From contig NW_026250433.1 in the NCBI RefSeq assembly GCF_024521635.1, forward strand, positions 62,001 to 126,000: 64,000 nt of DNA. Direction: 5' to 3'. Origin of the DNA: Tricharina praecox (Eukaryota). Under the pieces are notes generated by a model. That model was given only the letters and a program-made list of their open reading frames with translations, searched no databases and was not told the DNA's origin. The translations under genes were made by a program, and so were the position numbers. Positions 12,987 through 25,665 of this stretch are shown here, piece after piece; position 1 is the first letter of the stretch; every line of letters begins with the position of its first letter.

Positions 12987-15260
12987 TTCCTTCCGTTCGT
13001 ATTGATGCTGTTGGTGTCTCCGCTGAGAAAAAAAGCTATGCTGTTGTCATTTTTGCGCACCCCCGGGCCTCTTCAATTCATCGACACGAGAAGGGAATTG
13101 CAGGAATATACATCTGCTTTCCGCCGCTGAGTCCAAGACCTATAAGTAATAACGGGGCAGGTGCTTCACACCGTCGCCTTAGCCAGGACTTCATCCCGCT
13201 TCCTATACGACCTGTCAGGATGAGGCTATACACGAATCCCCACTCCAAACAGCATGCACGTTTGGACTGCCAGCTTCTGCCAGGGGGAATGCTGTCACTG
13301 ACTTCAGGCCGAGGATGAAATCCAACATACAGAGTGTACATGGGTGCATGCCAATATAATTCTTGATTCACACCTGGCGTTTAGGCCGCAAAAGGTATGG
13401 CTCCGTGTGGCTGCAATAAACCAGTGCAGTAGTGACGATAAACCTTAAGGATGGCGGTTTGTACTCGCCCTCATTGTCGTGGCGCACGGCGGTTCCTACT
13501 ACGAAATCACGAGGAGGAATGATCTAGGTAGGTATTGGTCCCTCAGCCATCGGCAGACAACATTGCGTAAACCGGAGCGATGTGGGCCCGGGAGGTAGCC
13601 GGTAGCTGATGGTCACTCTTCTCTGGAATTATCCGCACCGCTTTGGTTTTTGATTTCGGCATAGGTATGCATTGGCGAATCGTCAACACAACAGTGCCAA
13701 AGGCCAAGAATCCAAGATGTTGCGCCTGAAGTCCTGCATGCTGGATCAATCATCAGCACGACGCCCCTGCGGGGGCCGCTGCAGGGGACTTACTTTGGGG
13801 CGCTAAGAAGTGGGCCTTCCTCCTCCTCCACCTCCTCCTGGGACTTCTGAGGTGTGTGTAGATGTCCTCTTCCATGAAACCAGCGATACGGAAGGCAGGT
13901 TTCTTCCATCAAAACATCTGATCCACAGCATAGAATGTTCTGTCGCAAGGCTCAGGATCGAAATAAGGTAGCGAACAGCTACCGCCTACATAAAATATTG
14001 TGGGCATCCATGGGTGCCAGGTGGGCTGCGGAATTCTCTGGGTAACGGTGGGGTATCTAATGAAATATATCTGAAACAGCGATCCAATGAAAATCTCTCA
14101 TCCCTATCTAGGAACGCGATGATCAGCAGAAGATGCGAAGATGGGACGAGAAGGAATAGCCTTAGGCTGCTTGAATTCTGCATAGGGGGACGAAGGAGAG
14201 AAAGTGCTAATGGAGAACAACAGAAAGGCTACCAACAGTAGGCTCCTCTAGAGTACATAGTGTGGAGGTTACTCTAGAGGCTACACAACGAAGCAGAACG
14301 ATTGAGCTGGCCCGAATACCGGAACCTGGGCTATGTATCTGCCGTTATCTGTACCAACTAAGAACTCCATCTAATCGTGCATAGGTATCACCCTCATCGA
14401 ATTGACGATTACCGGTACAGAACCGGAACAGCAAACATTTGCCAGAATGGTGTGGCTTTTCCAAATGTTCCATGAGTGTTCGTCTCTGCCACTCCAACAT
14501 CAAGGCTCAAGAGTACCAACTCCTAGCTTCTGTGAAGAGGGACCTCCGAAACTTGTAGGGTACGGTGACTGATCACTGACTGATCGACTCCAGCGTTTCA
14601 CCTCGGCCTCAGTTTCACCTCGGCTTCAGTTTGTCAAGAATTCCCAGTTACCGGGCCCGGGGGAGGCGCTACTAGTACAAAGGTCGCAAGGCAGCGCCCC
14701 TTGATGAACCCGGACCCCGGGTGGGCGGGCGGGCGGGCGGGCGTAATGTGATCCTGGATCCGATCGCGGGCCCACTTGTAACTTGTTTGAGTCGGCTATC
14801 TGTCTTCCATCGAATCGAAAATGACTTTTTCCCACAACGAATTCACGAAGTACGGTACATACGGTATGTATGCACGGTAGTAGCGTGGATACACGGACCC
14901 GGCTCGCCCGCCCACTCTCGTCTCGCGAAACAGATGTGCGACTGCCACTGCAACTGCGACCTGGGGATTCCGCATGGGTCCGGCAAGTACTTACTCGACA
15001 ACCGTTGTCGTCGTCGGGATACTGAAGCACCCTAACTAACGTCATATGATTCGATTAATCCTGATGTGTAGAGTATGGAAATTTCCGCTTATTACCGATT
15101 CTATCACTCGTTGTGGATCCCAGAATTGCATGTGATCACGGTTCCCGTGAAGTACCGATATATGTCTATACATATACTCGAGTAGTTATCGTACTTCGGC
15201 TAAGTCGTCTCGATATGCGTATACATAGGACGCTGACCGGCCGGGCTTATGTACGGGCTA

Positions 15261-16214
15261 CCGTATTATCTCGGATAACCGTTCGGTCAGTTTGAGCTGT
15301 TAGCGCTGTTACACACAGGCTTGGCGGGCTTTCTAACTCGTTTACACCGTTGCATGCAGGTTTGAGGCGCTTGGCGCTTAGTCAGTATCATGATCACTAG
15401 CGCAAAATTCCCGTGATGTGTCTATTCATGCAGATCATCTAACTTCAGACCGATTCTTTCCAACAGACTTCCCTAACATCATCGTCTTCAGTATCGCTAA
15501 TATTAGCAAACAGCTCTACAACCACATGCTGCCTACCTACTTCATCCAGTTGCTTGCTTCTCTTGGCTACCAGCTACTAGTTCAACTGGAACGTGCATCT
15601 TTTCCCATGCGCGCTGAGAAAGTGACCGCTGAGCCTGCCGAGGATGCGTCCACTGAACCTTCCACGGGCACGCCCACCGAACCTGCACCACTCAACCTGC
15701 CGAGAGCGCGCCTGCCGAGAGCGCGCCCCCGCCAAGCCACGCAAGAACGCGTCCACTGAGCCTGGCATGAGTGCGCCCACCAAGTCTGCTGTTGAGGGCG
15801 CGTCAACCGAGTTTGTCAAGAGCGTGCCCACTGTGCCTTGTAGACATCTTCGACGAGCGATCAGTCCGATATTTTTGTCTTCATCACTGTCGTTGCCAGG
15901 AGCATATTCAGCCGTAGACGTAAGAACAAGAGTTGCGAATTTGATATGACTCTGTCGGCGTGTGCTATTTTCGCAGGAAAGATGACCTTGTTGTTCTCCA
16001 TAATGGTTTCGTGATTTCTATCGACTTGATTTTTGTAAAGTGTACTGCAATGCTCTACATCTGCCATTCCCACGATGCTTCAAGAGTTTCAGCCGCACTA
16101 ACCCAATCGACTGATGTTCTTTTGCCGCGCCGGCGCTAACCCGATATACGCTAGTGCGCGCTTCGTTACGCCAAATCCATATCACCCACCGGACGGTTAT
16201 CCGAGATAATACGG
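15261..16214. mobile_element. Non-autonomous Tc1/mariner-pogo (Tc2-like) DNA transposon, 954 bp
   Basis: 27-bp TIRs CCGTATTATCTCGGATAACCGT(T/C)CGGT with 1 mismatch. TA target-site duplication at 15259-15260 and 16215-16216. No intact transposase inside. Confidence 0.85.
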
Positions 16215-17601
16215 TAGTTAGCTGCAATGGCTAAAGGCTCGAGACTTCATAGCATGCGGACGAGTGTAGCCCATAGTTATCGCCACTGTAGTCAGAACAA
16301 GATATTCCGAACCAGTGCATGCAATTACCGTTACCTTTTCGAACGGAGCGTGTGTTTTTGAGCGTGTGAGACCAACAGAACCGCCTCAAAGAGCTGAAGG
16401 AAATGTCATCGAGGCAACCCGGTGTCTCCGCAATCAATCCCTAGTGGCCGATCACATATACAGGTATTTCCTTCGACGATGGCACGGCTGCGCGCAACGT
16501 TATGTGGGAACGTGATGAACGGGCAGCCGAAGATGAATGCAGCGGCCATTGGAACTGGGGGGCAGGCCTGAACGGAAAGATAATATAAAGATCTTGGCCG
16601 ACCATGTACTCTACAGGCGGTTGCTGATTTATCCGAATGGTGTACTAGTAATCGGACGTGATACTTTTGCCTATGCGTACTCAGATAGATGTTGAGCCTG
16701 GAAGGCTGGAACGCATATAGCCTCTGCGGAGTGTCCAAGTTCCAGCAGTACAATCTCCACACATCAGCGCCTGCCTAGGTCCCAGCCTCGCCGGTGTGTA
16801 TGTGTTCAACATACATACAACCGCCTGATATCAGCGCCAGAGCTAGCATCGCACGAACCGCATCTCTTCTCATCACCGCTGCTATCACTCGATCGTCCCC
16901 GAAGAACCCAGATTTTGTGTGCACATGGGCATCGCCGAGCGGAAGTGCATCCACACTCGCTCATGGGTGGAATCGTGCCCGAGCAAGCAAGCAGCATGAA
17001 CCATGCGCTTTCCACCAGCCCAGGAGAACCGAGTGGCCAGTGGCAAGACTCAAGAGCTCTCGCTGCTCCCGGTAGCTCTGGTATGATACCCGGTTTAGAG
17101 ATGATCACGGCGGGCGGTGAAGATTATCTACACATCGTTTCAGTTTCTACTCCGGGTTAGCTTGATGTAGTAACCTGGCTGTCGGAACGTGTCAACTGTC
17201 ACTTATGAGTCTGGACTCTAGAGTACTTGGGATGGCTACCGAGTGATCGCTACGTATCCCGCTCCATTACTCCCACTCGGTAAACGGAGTGAACTTTCAT
17301 CCGTTATTCTCTCACCACTGTCACTACCACTTCCAACTCGACTCTCGGGAGGCCAAGAGCCTATATAGTGGTACACATTTCTCGCACAGTAGCTTCTTCT
17401 TTCGAACAGCGGGCCGAAGGAACAAAGTATGATATGTACACGCCACAGAGTCAACATCCAAAGTAATCCAAGGCTGCAAGAAATAGGTGCTTGCAGGTAG
17501 GTATCCTTATGTACATGGTCTTCTCTCCCTTTTTCAAACCCAATTATCCAGACAACTTTGGAGTGCAGCAGCGCCTCACTCCCAACCGGTACTGCTGTTG
17601 T

Positions 17602-18900
17602 TCACGCCCACTTCCCCAACAGCGCCATGAGTGCTATTCGAATGTAGAGGTTAGTCTCCTAGTTTCCTCCATCAACAGAAGGCGAGAGAACTTACCAGCA
17701 CCCAACACCATATTCCCGAAAGCGGCAAACACCGTCGCGGTACTTGCGTCTCTCAAGCTATGGCTGAAGAGGAACTCATGTGCCATCAACTCTACCAGTC
17801 CAGTATACAGCAGGATGCCAGCACTAATCGAGTCGAAGACGCCATTGACGACCAGTGTCGTCGCGCCCTCAGCGGGATACGTTTCCCTAACGCCCAGTCC
17901 TATGGCGATGGCAATGGGCGTGCTGAGTCCGTAGGCGAGCGCCATGATCCACGGGGTGAGGCGCTTCGCGTGCGGCCAGGGGACGGTAGCCAGCCGCGAG
18001 CCGAGACCAAGACCTTCAAACATCTGGTGGAACACGAGGACGATGTACAGGGTCTTGAACTCTTCGCCGGACACGGCCAGGGTGAGCCCGATGAACACGC
18101 TGTGGAAGATCACGCCGAACTCGAGGATGAACAGCGAGGTTAGCTGTGCGGCGTACGACTCGGTGCTGCTCGCGACTACGGCGGACTCGGGGTCGGCGTG
18201 GTCTGGGAGGTGCGAGAGGTGCGGCTCCAGCTCGAAGGTTTGGCTGAAGCGGAGCTGATTGGTGTGGTTGTGCGGTTGGATTGCTGGCGCGGACTTGCCG
18301 GTGGTCGTCGAGGAGCCGCCGGAGACTGTGGTTTGGGCGCCGGCTTCGGAGGTGAAGCTGGTGAAGGTTGCGTAGCGCATTGCCATCAGCTCCACGAAGA
18401 AGAGGGTAAACACGGACATGAGAGCGATGCCCTGGGTCCATGGGTACTCGGTGATGACGCCGGTGAGACATGGGTTGGTCAATGCTTCACTGGCTGGCGT
18501 GAGGAGCTTGCTGGATGTCAGTTGATATACGGGTGAAGGGGAGCCCTGTTGAGAACCGTACATGAATGAAGGCGGTTGCGATGATCACTCCCGAGCCAAA
18601 GTACTTTGTGAAGAAGAAGGCCCCCGCCGGAATGTTGAGTCTGCTAGACGTCTTTGCTAAGATGGGGAAGAGGGCACCTGGGAAAATCAGAATCTCGGGG
18701 CCGAGAGAGAATAGCCAAGGCGGGGCATAGTGGTTACCGAAACTAGAAGTGATCAGGATCACGAATAGAGCAGACACACGCAGGCCGACGTTGCCATCAA
18801 AGCCGTTTCCCGTCTCACAGGCCGGAGCTGCTGTTTCTTCTCCCTCCTCTGCTCGTCGTAGCAGCAGACCCAATGCCTCCGTGAGCGTTGAAGAAGACAT
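17602..18900 (-). CDS. ZIP-family zinc transporter (Zrt1/Zrt2/ZrfB-like), 4 exons (18900-18738, 18677-18562, 18506-17696, 17633-17602), ~373 aa
   Basis: KYFGSGVIIATAFIHLL, ILEFGVIFHSVFIGLTL, FHQMFEGLGLGSRL, DSISAGILLYTGLVELMAHEF, and C-terminal ALMALLGKWA after splicing. Confidence 0.95.
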
Positions 18901-19361
18901 GATTAGCGGTATTCGTATTCGGAGTTGGTTCTGAGTTCTCGGATGTCGAGTGAGTTATGTGGGTCGGTCGGAGCGGATTTGATTGAGGTTGAGAGGACGG
19001 CGGGGCAGCGTGAACAGAACATGAGTAGAGCGGAGCGGGCTGAGCGGAGAGAAGTGTGAGTGGGTTAAGAAGATGAATAGCCCTACAATATCGTTGTCGA
19101 AATTGCGCACAAACATCTACTAGCAAGTACTTTACCTGTGGGGGTTGACCCCTAGGAACCTGGATGGGTTATGGTCATGACCAATATACAATTTACGACC
19201 GGCGGTGGCATAAAGACAATGGGTCGTGCATGCGTCGCAGGCGGTGTTGATAATTGGAATCGCGAATCCAAGGAGATCGTTGGCCCCGCAGAACTGCCGC
19301 AGTTTTTCGGTATGATTTTGCAGCAGCTGGCAACCGAATGAGGAAGAGTGAGAGTGAGGGA

Positions 19362-19621
19362 GGGAACCTTGGTGGTTATGTATAGTAGGCTAGTCAGTAT
19401 GGGCTCGAGTAGAGTACGTATGCCCACCATGTTTTTTTTTGCGGCTTCCTACACACTTCGCTGGCGATGCCGCAGTGCCGCACTCCTGTTCACTGGGTCC
19501 GCTCATAACTCGAGATGATTCCTGTCGCCAAAAATCTTCAACTGGTTCTTCGTTGGCGAGTCAAGCGGTTCATCCACCTGGATTTTCAACGGTTCGGGAG
19601 GAAGGGGGGTACCCTGATGGC
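19362..19621 (-). promoter_or_regulatory. ZafA/Zap1-type zinc-response motifs upstream of the ZIP gene
   Basis: Minus-strand GCCATCAGGGTACCC (19607-19621) fits the Aspergillus ZafA consensus DYYVYCARGGTVYYY fully, and ACCACCAAGGTTCCC (19362-19376) has one mismatch. More CAAGGT cores lie near 19991 and 20468-20485. Confidence 0.6.
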
Positions 19622-22446
19622 TACTGTAGGCAATAAACGGTCTCTAAGCCCCCACTCTACCCTCGACAGGGTCCGCATCCTTCCCCGTCTTTCGGAAACA
19701 AAAGTCAACAAGCCTCGGTAAACCGTGCTGGGGGATGTACATAGAAATAGAAGAAAGAAGTTGTGCAGAATTTCCCAGCCGACGGCCCGGCGTCGTGCGG
19801 GCGGGTGGTCAGATCGAAGATGGGCTCTTCTCTTCGAACGCGCGGCATGACGGAGGGGAGCCGGCCATCGAAGTGCCCGTGATAGGTGAGACAGCAGTTG
19901 AAAAACATTCAAGTACATGACAGAAGCGTCAATATGATGATATCTTACCTGTCCGTTGGACCTGTGGCGGTCATCTCGACGACGCGTCAGCAAGGTACCG
20001 GCACTGGACGGATACGATGTTTCTTTCCAACTTCCAACAGACCAACTTCCAACAGACCAACCAGCCCGAAAATAGAACGGATAGGAACGTTCTCCAAATC
20101 TCGAGAAGAAGGAAACCAGCAGAGTTGGTATGTACTGCCCATGCCCAATCCAGCGATCGTATCGACTTGGTGGGATTGGGGTGGATTTGTGGACCGTTGC
20201 GAAGGGACATCTCCGTGAGACGAACTCTACCTGGCCACTGATCTTGGATGTTGGATTGTGATGAACGAGTCGAAAGAAAAGAGAAAAGAGAGGTAGTAGG
20301 CTAGTGCCTCCCGTCATGACTGACAAAGAAACGAACGACTCGATATTACATTAGACATTGTAGAATACCGAGTGATATCAGACATATCACTCGATTCAGG
20401 TAACTATTTATCCGATTCTCCAGTACTAGTATAAGGCCCGAGGACGAGTCGTCGCTCTCGCACATTGACCTTGGCAGTCACCTTGCACCTACAGGCGTAT
20501 GCAAAAGTATAATAGTTAGTGTTGAGGGTCCGCGAGCAGTGCAGTTGTTGGAACTTGGGGTTACATGCTGCAAATCCACGGCTCCTGCCGGGCCGTTGCA
20601 TGCTGCATCAAAATCAAGTGCAGAACGAGGACGCGAAAATGTTGGTGGAATGTTTTCGAGTTAGGTATGTATTATTCGTCCCTGCGTGTCCCGCGTCTCA
20701 TGGCTGGAAGCTTGGGTAAAAGAGTAAGGTTCTGTCCGAGTAGCAGTCTCAGACTCATAGTGCTGTAGATTGAAACGCGGCCAGTAAACCGAAAAGTTGA
20801 AACAAAGGCTAAGGCATTCGATAGTGTCGTATTTGTGTCACGCCGGCTATCGCGGTTCTTCTTACGCCGGACCGGAGCGCGATAGCTTGTAACGGTAGGA
20901 AATAGGTTTGTGCCTAATAATGTATTCGCTTTCTACCTAAAACAGGGACACCGTCAAACCCAGGTTCGCCAAGTACCAGTTAGAGCCGTACATAGAATTA
21001 AAGTATGTAGAGTCGACCCTCGCGGCAGATCATCCGAGGTTTGGATCCGGAGATGTGAGAGTAAGCTTTTCTGAGGACCATCATAGGGCTGTCTTTCAAT
21101 AAATATAATAGTACAGAGGTACTCGAGAAGGTGCCTCCCCTCCGACAGGCGCAGCAGCGCGAGGTATCAACCCAGGGCTGAGAAGAGGTCGGTGTCTTGT
21201 GGCCAGTCGTGTGGGTAATTGTTCGATCGATTGTCTCGGGAGTCGGGAGTCGGGAGTCCAGACGAGTAGTGGAGCGGCGGTGGGTCAGCCATCCGGTAGG
21301 TACTCGGGTACACAGGGAGGTATCATATGCAGAAGGAAGCCAACCCTAACCTCCACGCTCCGCACCCCTTCAGCTGGTGAGTTGGCAGACTTCAGCCCGA
21401 CACACATCCCTCCACCCCATCCCCAGAGACAAAAGTTCTCCTCATCTCGCCACACATCTTTGCGCTCTAACGGACGCCATCCTGCCCCCCGAATTGTCGC
21501 ATGAACATGCAGAATCTAAATCTCGTTGCACTGACCCTCGTTTCTGCTGCTATCCGAGTTCATGGCTAGTGGCATACCTACGGGTTTCCCTATGCTACCG
21601 GTGGGTGCAGTCCAGTCCAGACTCTCGCGGATCCCATTCACCCTTCACGGAAGCGATCACAGCTAGTCGGGGATAATTGCCGCAGAATATTCCAAAGCAC
21701 GCAACGTCATTCACCACCGCTCGCATTCGAGGATTCGAGCATTCTCTCGCCGGAAACGGTGATCGTTTCCTGAATCCCCACTCCATTCCTAGCGCCGGAT
21801 CGTCTCCTTGCTTTGTTCTAGCCGTGTTGCCGGGTGCCCGCCGTTACATACATACCGTGCGTTTCGCGGGCTGCAGAGTGGAAATTCCACACCACATACC
21901 CAAGTCCATGCCTGCCAGGAAGCCGTCCCACGGCTGCTTCGATCCAGTCACTGCATTGACGATGCCTGTCTCGCATCTGCATCATCCCATCTCGCCTGCC
22001 TTTGGCGTCTTTCAAACTTCACAGGGCACCTACGCAGTTACATACTACTACGCTTGCAGATCCCAATGCGCTCCTACCTGTTTTTAGAGTGACGGTACCG
22101 GCATGGTAAGTTGTAGTTGCAAGTTGTATGTAACTAACAGCTATGGAGCATGGTTACGTTATCTACGGCCAATGTCTATACTTGGGTGTGGGGATTCGTG
22201 TGGCAGCACCCAGCACTGTGCTGGTGCCGTTCCGATCGAGGGTGAGCGTGGCTGAAGCTTGCTCTGTTTGGCGCGATTCGCACTGGACCCCCGGTGGCTT
22301 GCTTCAGCTTGAGGAATATCTTTTCCCGTGCCTCCTCCGCCTCCTCCTGAAACTTGCTTTTGCCTCTTTATCACTCCGCCATCCGCCCCTCCCGCTGCCT
22401 GCCATCTGTTGTGTTCGAGTCAGATCAACAATAGGTACCACACAAA

Positions 22447-23673
22447 ATGATATCGCCAAAAAACATCAACGGCCGCCGCTCAGCCGTGGTCGTCACCTTG
22501 ATAATAGTCGGCTACTTCGTCTTCACGCTGCACCGGACCCTCCTGCTCATCCCACGAGAACTCGACATCGACTTCTCGCGCCGCCAACCGCCGCTGCAGC
22601 CGTTGCCCAAGCACCCCAGCTCCGCCGGGGGGCTGCTCCCGGCCTCCGTGCTCGCCCCACCGGACACCCTACTCGACCCAACAGACCCGACCTGCGACCC
22701 ATTCACCGCGGCCTTCGTGACACTCAACCGCAGCAAGCCGATCTTCAGCACGTTCACCTCACTCTCACAGGACTGCAAGCCCTCGAGCTCGAGCTGGTTC
22801 GCGCAGCTCAAGCTGAACACCGGCGGCCCGATCGCCGCCCTGCAGAACCGCACGGTCCTGCTCGTCGGCGACAGCGTAGACCGCTTCCTGGTCGACGACA
22901 TGTGCCACCTGCTCGAGGGCAAGCTTACTATCTACCCAGTGAGCACCTACGCCTCTTCTGCGCCGGACCACCCCACCGGCGCCGGCGGCCTCCCACGTAC
23001 CTGCCAGATCTCCGGCCCCTCGGGCCTGCAAAATCTCACTCTAGCAAGCTACTTCTTCTACGGCTACGACTCGTTGGATCTGTGGCGCGACAAGACCGCC
23101 ACCTGGACCTCTCCCGCCAACTTCGCGCCCCGCTGGACCGTCTTCTCGCGCGCATACAGCACACTCTTCCACCCCGGCTCCCTCGCGGGCACGCGGCCGG
23201 ACCTAGTAATCGCCAACGTGGGCCTATGGGAGCTGGCGCGTTTCGACCGGCTACACGAGCGCGCGCACGCCGGCAGCGACGCGCCGGTAGCGCTCGACGA
23301 CGGGTTCGTGGACGCGTTCGTCGAGGGGACGGTGGACTTTCTGGCGCGGCTGCGGGCGCTGGTGGGGCCGCAGCCGCAGATACGCTGGCGGCAGATGCAT
23401 ACCCTGTGGAGTGCCGAGGGGAGCTATTTCACCGAGGCCGGGAAAAAGCAGGATAGGCAGAGGTTTAGTCCTGTTAAGGTCGCGGTGTTGAATGTGGCTG
23501 CGAGGGAGGCGGTCAATAGGGCGGGGAAGGTGGGTTGGTGGCCGGTGGGGGAAATGGTCTCGCCGTGGCCGGCGGCTTGGTGGCTTAGGGACTCGATTCA
23601 TCAGAGTGGGACGGTGGGCGCGGTTGTCTGGGGCGGGGGCGTGCTCGAGTATTTGGCCAGGACACCGAGGTAA
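22447..23673 (+). CDS. Type II membrane SGNH-hydrolase/O-acetyltransferase-like protein (Cap64/Cas3-like), intronless, 408 aa
   Basis: N-terminal TM segment AVVVTLIIVGYFVFTL, a Pro-rich stem, NRTVLLVGDSVDR (GDS nucleophile block), NVGLWEL and C-terminal DSIH (DxxH). Strong GC3 codon bias. Confidence 0.7.
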   Translation: MISPKNINGRRSAVVVTLIIVGYFVFTLHRTLLLIPRELDIDFSRRQPPLQPLPKHPSSAGGLLPASVLAPPDTLLDPTDPTCDPFTAAFVTLNRSKPIFSTFTSLSQDCKPSSSSWFAQLKLNTGGPIAALQNRTVLLVGDSVDRFLVDDMCHLLEGKLTIYPVSTYASSAPDHPTGAGGLPRTCQISGPSGLQNLTLASYFFYGYDSLDLWRDKTATWTSPANFAPRWTVFSRAYSTLFHPGSLAGTRPDLVIANVGLWELARFDRLHERAHAGSDAPVALDDGFVDAFVEGTVDFLARLRALVGPQPQIRWRQMHTLWSAEGSYFTEAGKKQDRQRFSPVKVAVLNVAAREAVNRAGKVGWWPVGEMVSPWPAAWWLRDSIHQSGTVGAVVWGGGVLEYLARTPR

Positions 23674-24364
23674 AGTGGGCTCCGCTGCTGGGTTTGGGTT
23701 GGGTTGGGTTGGGTTGGGTTGGCGTTCGTTCGTTCTTATTGGCGTTGCTTTGGCTGTGACTGTACATACTGGGGCCTTTTTTCCGTTTCATACCTACTCT
23801 ACTTCGGCGAGTGAGTTACATAGACGATACAAACACAAAAAACTCATGTGTATCAAATATCACTCGCGTATTTCCTCTGAAGTCGGGAGTCTGAAGTTGC
23901 GGGTCTGTGGGAGTGGATGGTGGGGCTCACGTCGTGCGAGAAAAATAATATGATATGAGGCGTGAACACTGGATGTGGGTGCAGGGTGCAGGGGTGGTTA
24001 CATATCCACGTCCACAACGCTGCCTGCACATCAGCCCTCAGCTGGGCTTTTTTCGGTGAGGCTGAGACGATAGTATGCTCAGCTTACACCGATGTCATCG
24101 ATCGTTTGCCGCCGAGTTGCCGAGTGGTCAAATAATGGTATCTAGGTAGTCAACGGCCAGCCTGCATTTTCACCGGAGGTGCACATTCTACTGTAGACTC
24201 TAGGTAGAGTGCTTCAAGGCATCATTCTCGACGATCTGGGTATTCAGAAAACTTGCAGTAAACAGAAATTGTAAAACAGAAACAGCAGTAAACAGAACCC
24301 CTCCCCCATAGGTAAGTATTGATTGAACTCCCCAACTCCATTGAAACCCGAGCCCCTCAGCCGA

Positions 24365-25665
24365 TCATCCGAACAGCACAACAGCAGCCACCACGGCGCC
24401 CATTCCCCAGGCGACAATCTTCCCCGCAAACACGGTACTTCCCACGCCCTGCGATCTATCAGCGCCGGATCTTGCGGAGGCCGTCGTCGCCGTCGCCGGA
24501 GTACTAACCGTCGTCCTGCCACTCGCAGTAGTGCCGGTGCCAGTGCCGGTGTCCGTTCCCGTATCCGAAAACCCCGTGTTGTGGTTCCTGCCGCGATCGA
24601 TGCCGACGCTGATCCACGCAATGATCCCGTCGTTGACGCTGGAGCCCAGCTTGCGCACGTCCATCAGCCCGTCGTAACCCGCCACCGCTGTGCTCGCCGT
24701 CCGAAATATCCGGTCGTTGTTGTTGTTGATCAACCGTACAGTGTTGGACGTGTAGGGTGCGACAGCCTCAACTTCGTTCACGAGGTCCATGTCGAAGTAT
24801 AGCTGCCCGACCATAGGGTTCGTCCCGCCGACGTATGTGCGCTTGTTCCCGTCCGTGCGGACCGAACCGCCGATGTGCGCCATTATGTGGATGTGGATAG
24901 CGCGGCCTGTCTATCTATCAGCACCTATTCCATCCCCAACCCCAACCACCAAAAAGCCGGAAACCAACCATCGTAATGCCCCGGAAATATCGTCATGATC
25001 TGCGCGACGCCCTCGTCGTTCGTCTCGGCCAGGCCACGCAACCACGTCTCGCCCTCAGTGTTCTCGACAGAGTACCCGCTGTACACGCCCGTAGCATTCG
25101 AGTGCCAGAAGTCGATCATCACGTTCGGCAGCACATTGCACGAGTTTGCGTCGAACACCTGCACGTCGAGGAGCAGCGGGACGCCCGCCTGCTGCTCGCG
25201 CATGTCCGGCCGGATGAGCTCGCCGGGGAGGTCTGGTATTTACATCAGTCCTCGCTCTCCTCTCTCACAGATCTCGGAGCAGAATGAAAAGGAAAAGAAC
25301 ATACAATAAGGCCCCTGCATACTCTCGGGCGTGAGCACACAAGTCGGAATTCCAGAGAACGGCGAGGCGGTATTAGTTCCGGTAGCGATATTCTTCTGCG
25401 TTGGGGTAGCCGCATTCTGTCGTCGTTCCTTGGGATGGCTCTGGCCCTGAAACCTGCGCACGAACTCGTCGCGGCGTTCCTGGCCAGAGTCCAAAGAGCG
25501 CTTCGCGAGCGACGACTGGCAGCTGCCGAATGCGCGCCGCGCGAGCAGGTGCGCTTCCGAGCGCTTGTGTAGCGCCTCGGCGGAGAGCGCGGACCCGTGC
25601 CCGAGTGCGAGGGAAAGGAGCGAAGCTGCGAAGAGGATGCTCAGGAGCGAAAGGAGGGAATGCAT
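24365..25665 (-). CDS. Secreted intradiol ring-cleavage dioxygenase-like protein with a Ser/Thr-rich, GPI-like tail, 3 exons (25665-25305, 25232-24969, 24906-24365), ~388 aa
   Basis: Signal peptide, CVLTPESMQGPYY, DFWHSNATGVYSGY, WLRG, TIFPGHYDGRAIHIH, GQLYFD and a hydrophobic C-terminus. Confidence 0.9.

Noticed and set aside
14595..14628. 17-bp tandem duplication containing two CCTCGG sites
   Set aside because: It lies 1.6 kb from the nearest start, and simple slippage explains it.
21341..21350. CAACCCTAAC as a telomerase RNA template or telomeric seed
   Set aside because: A single short match with no supporting structure visible; expected by chance.
22143..23456. Long overlapping ORFs (437 aa here; also 27529-28674, 30413-31327, 41414-42322, 44158-44910, 49029-49748)
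   Set aside because: Alternate-frame or antisense shadows of GC3-rich real genes, with low-complexity Arg/Pro/Ala translations.
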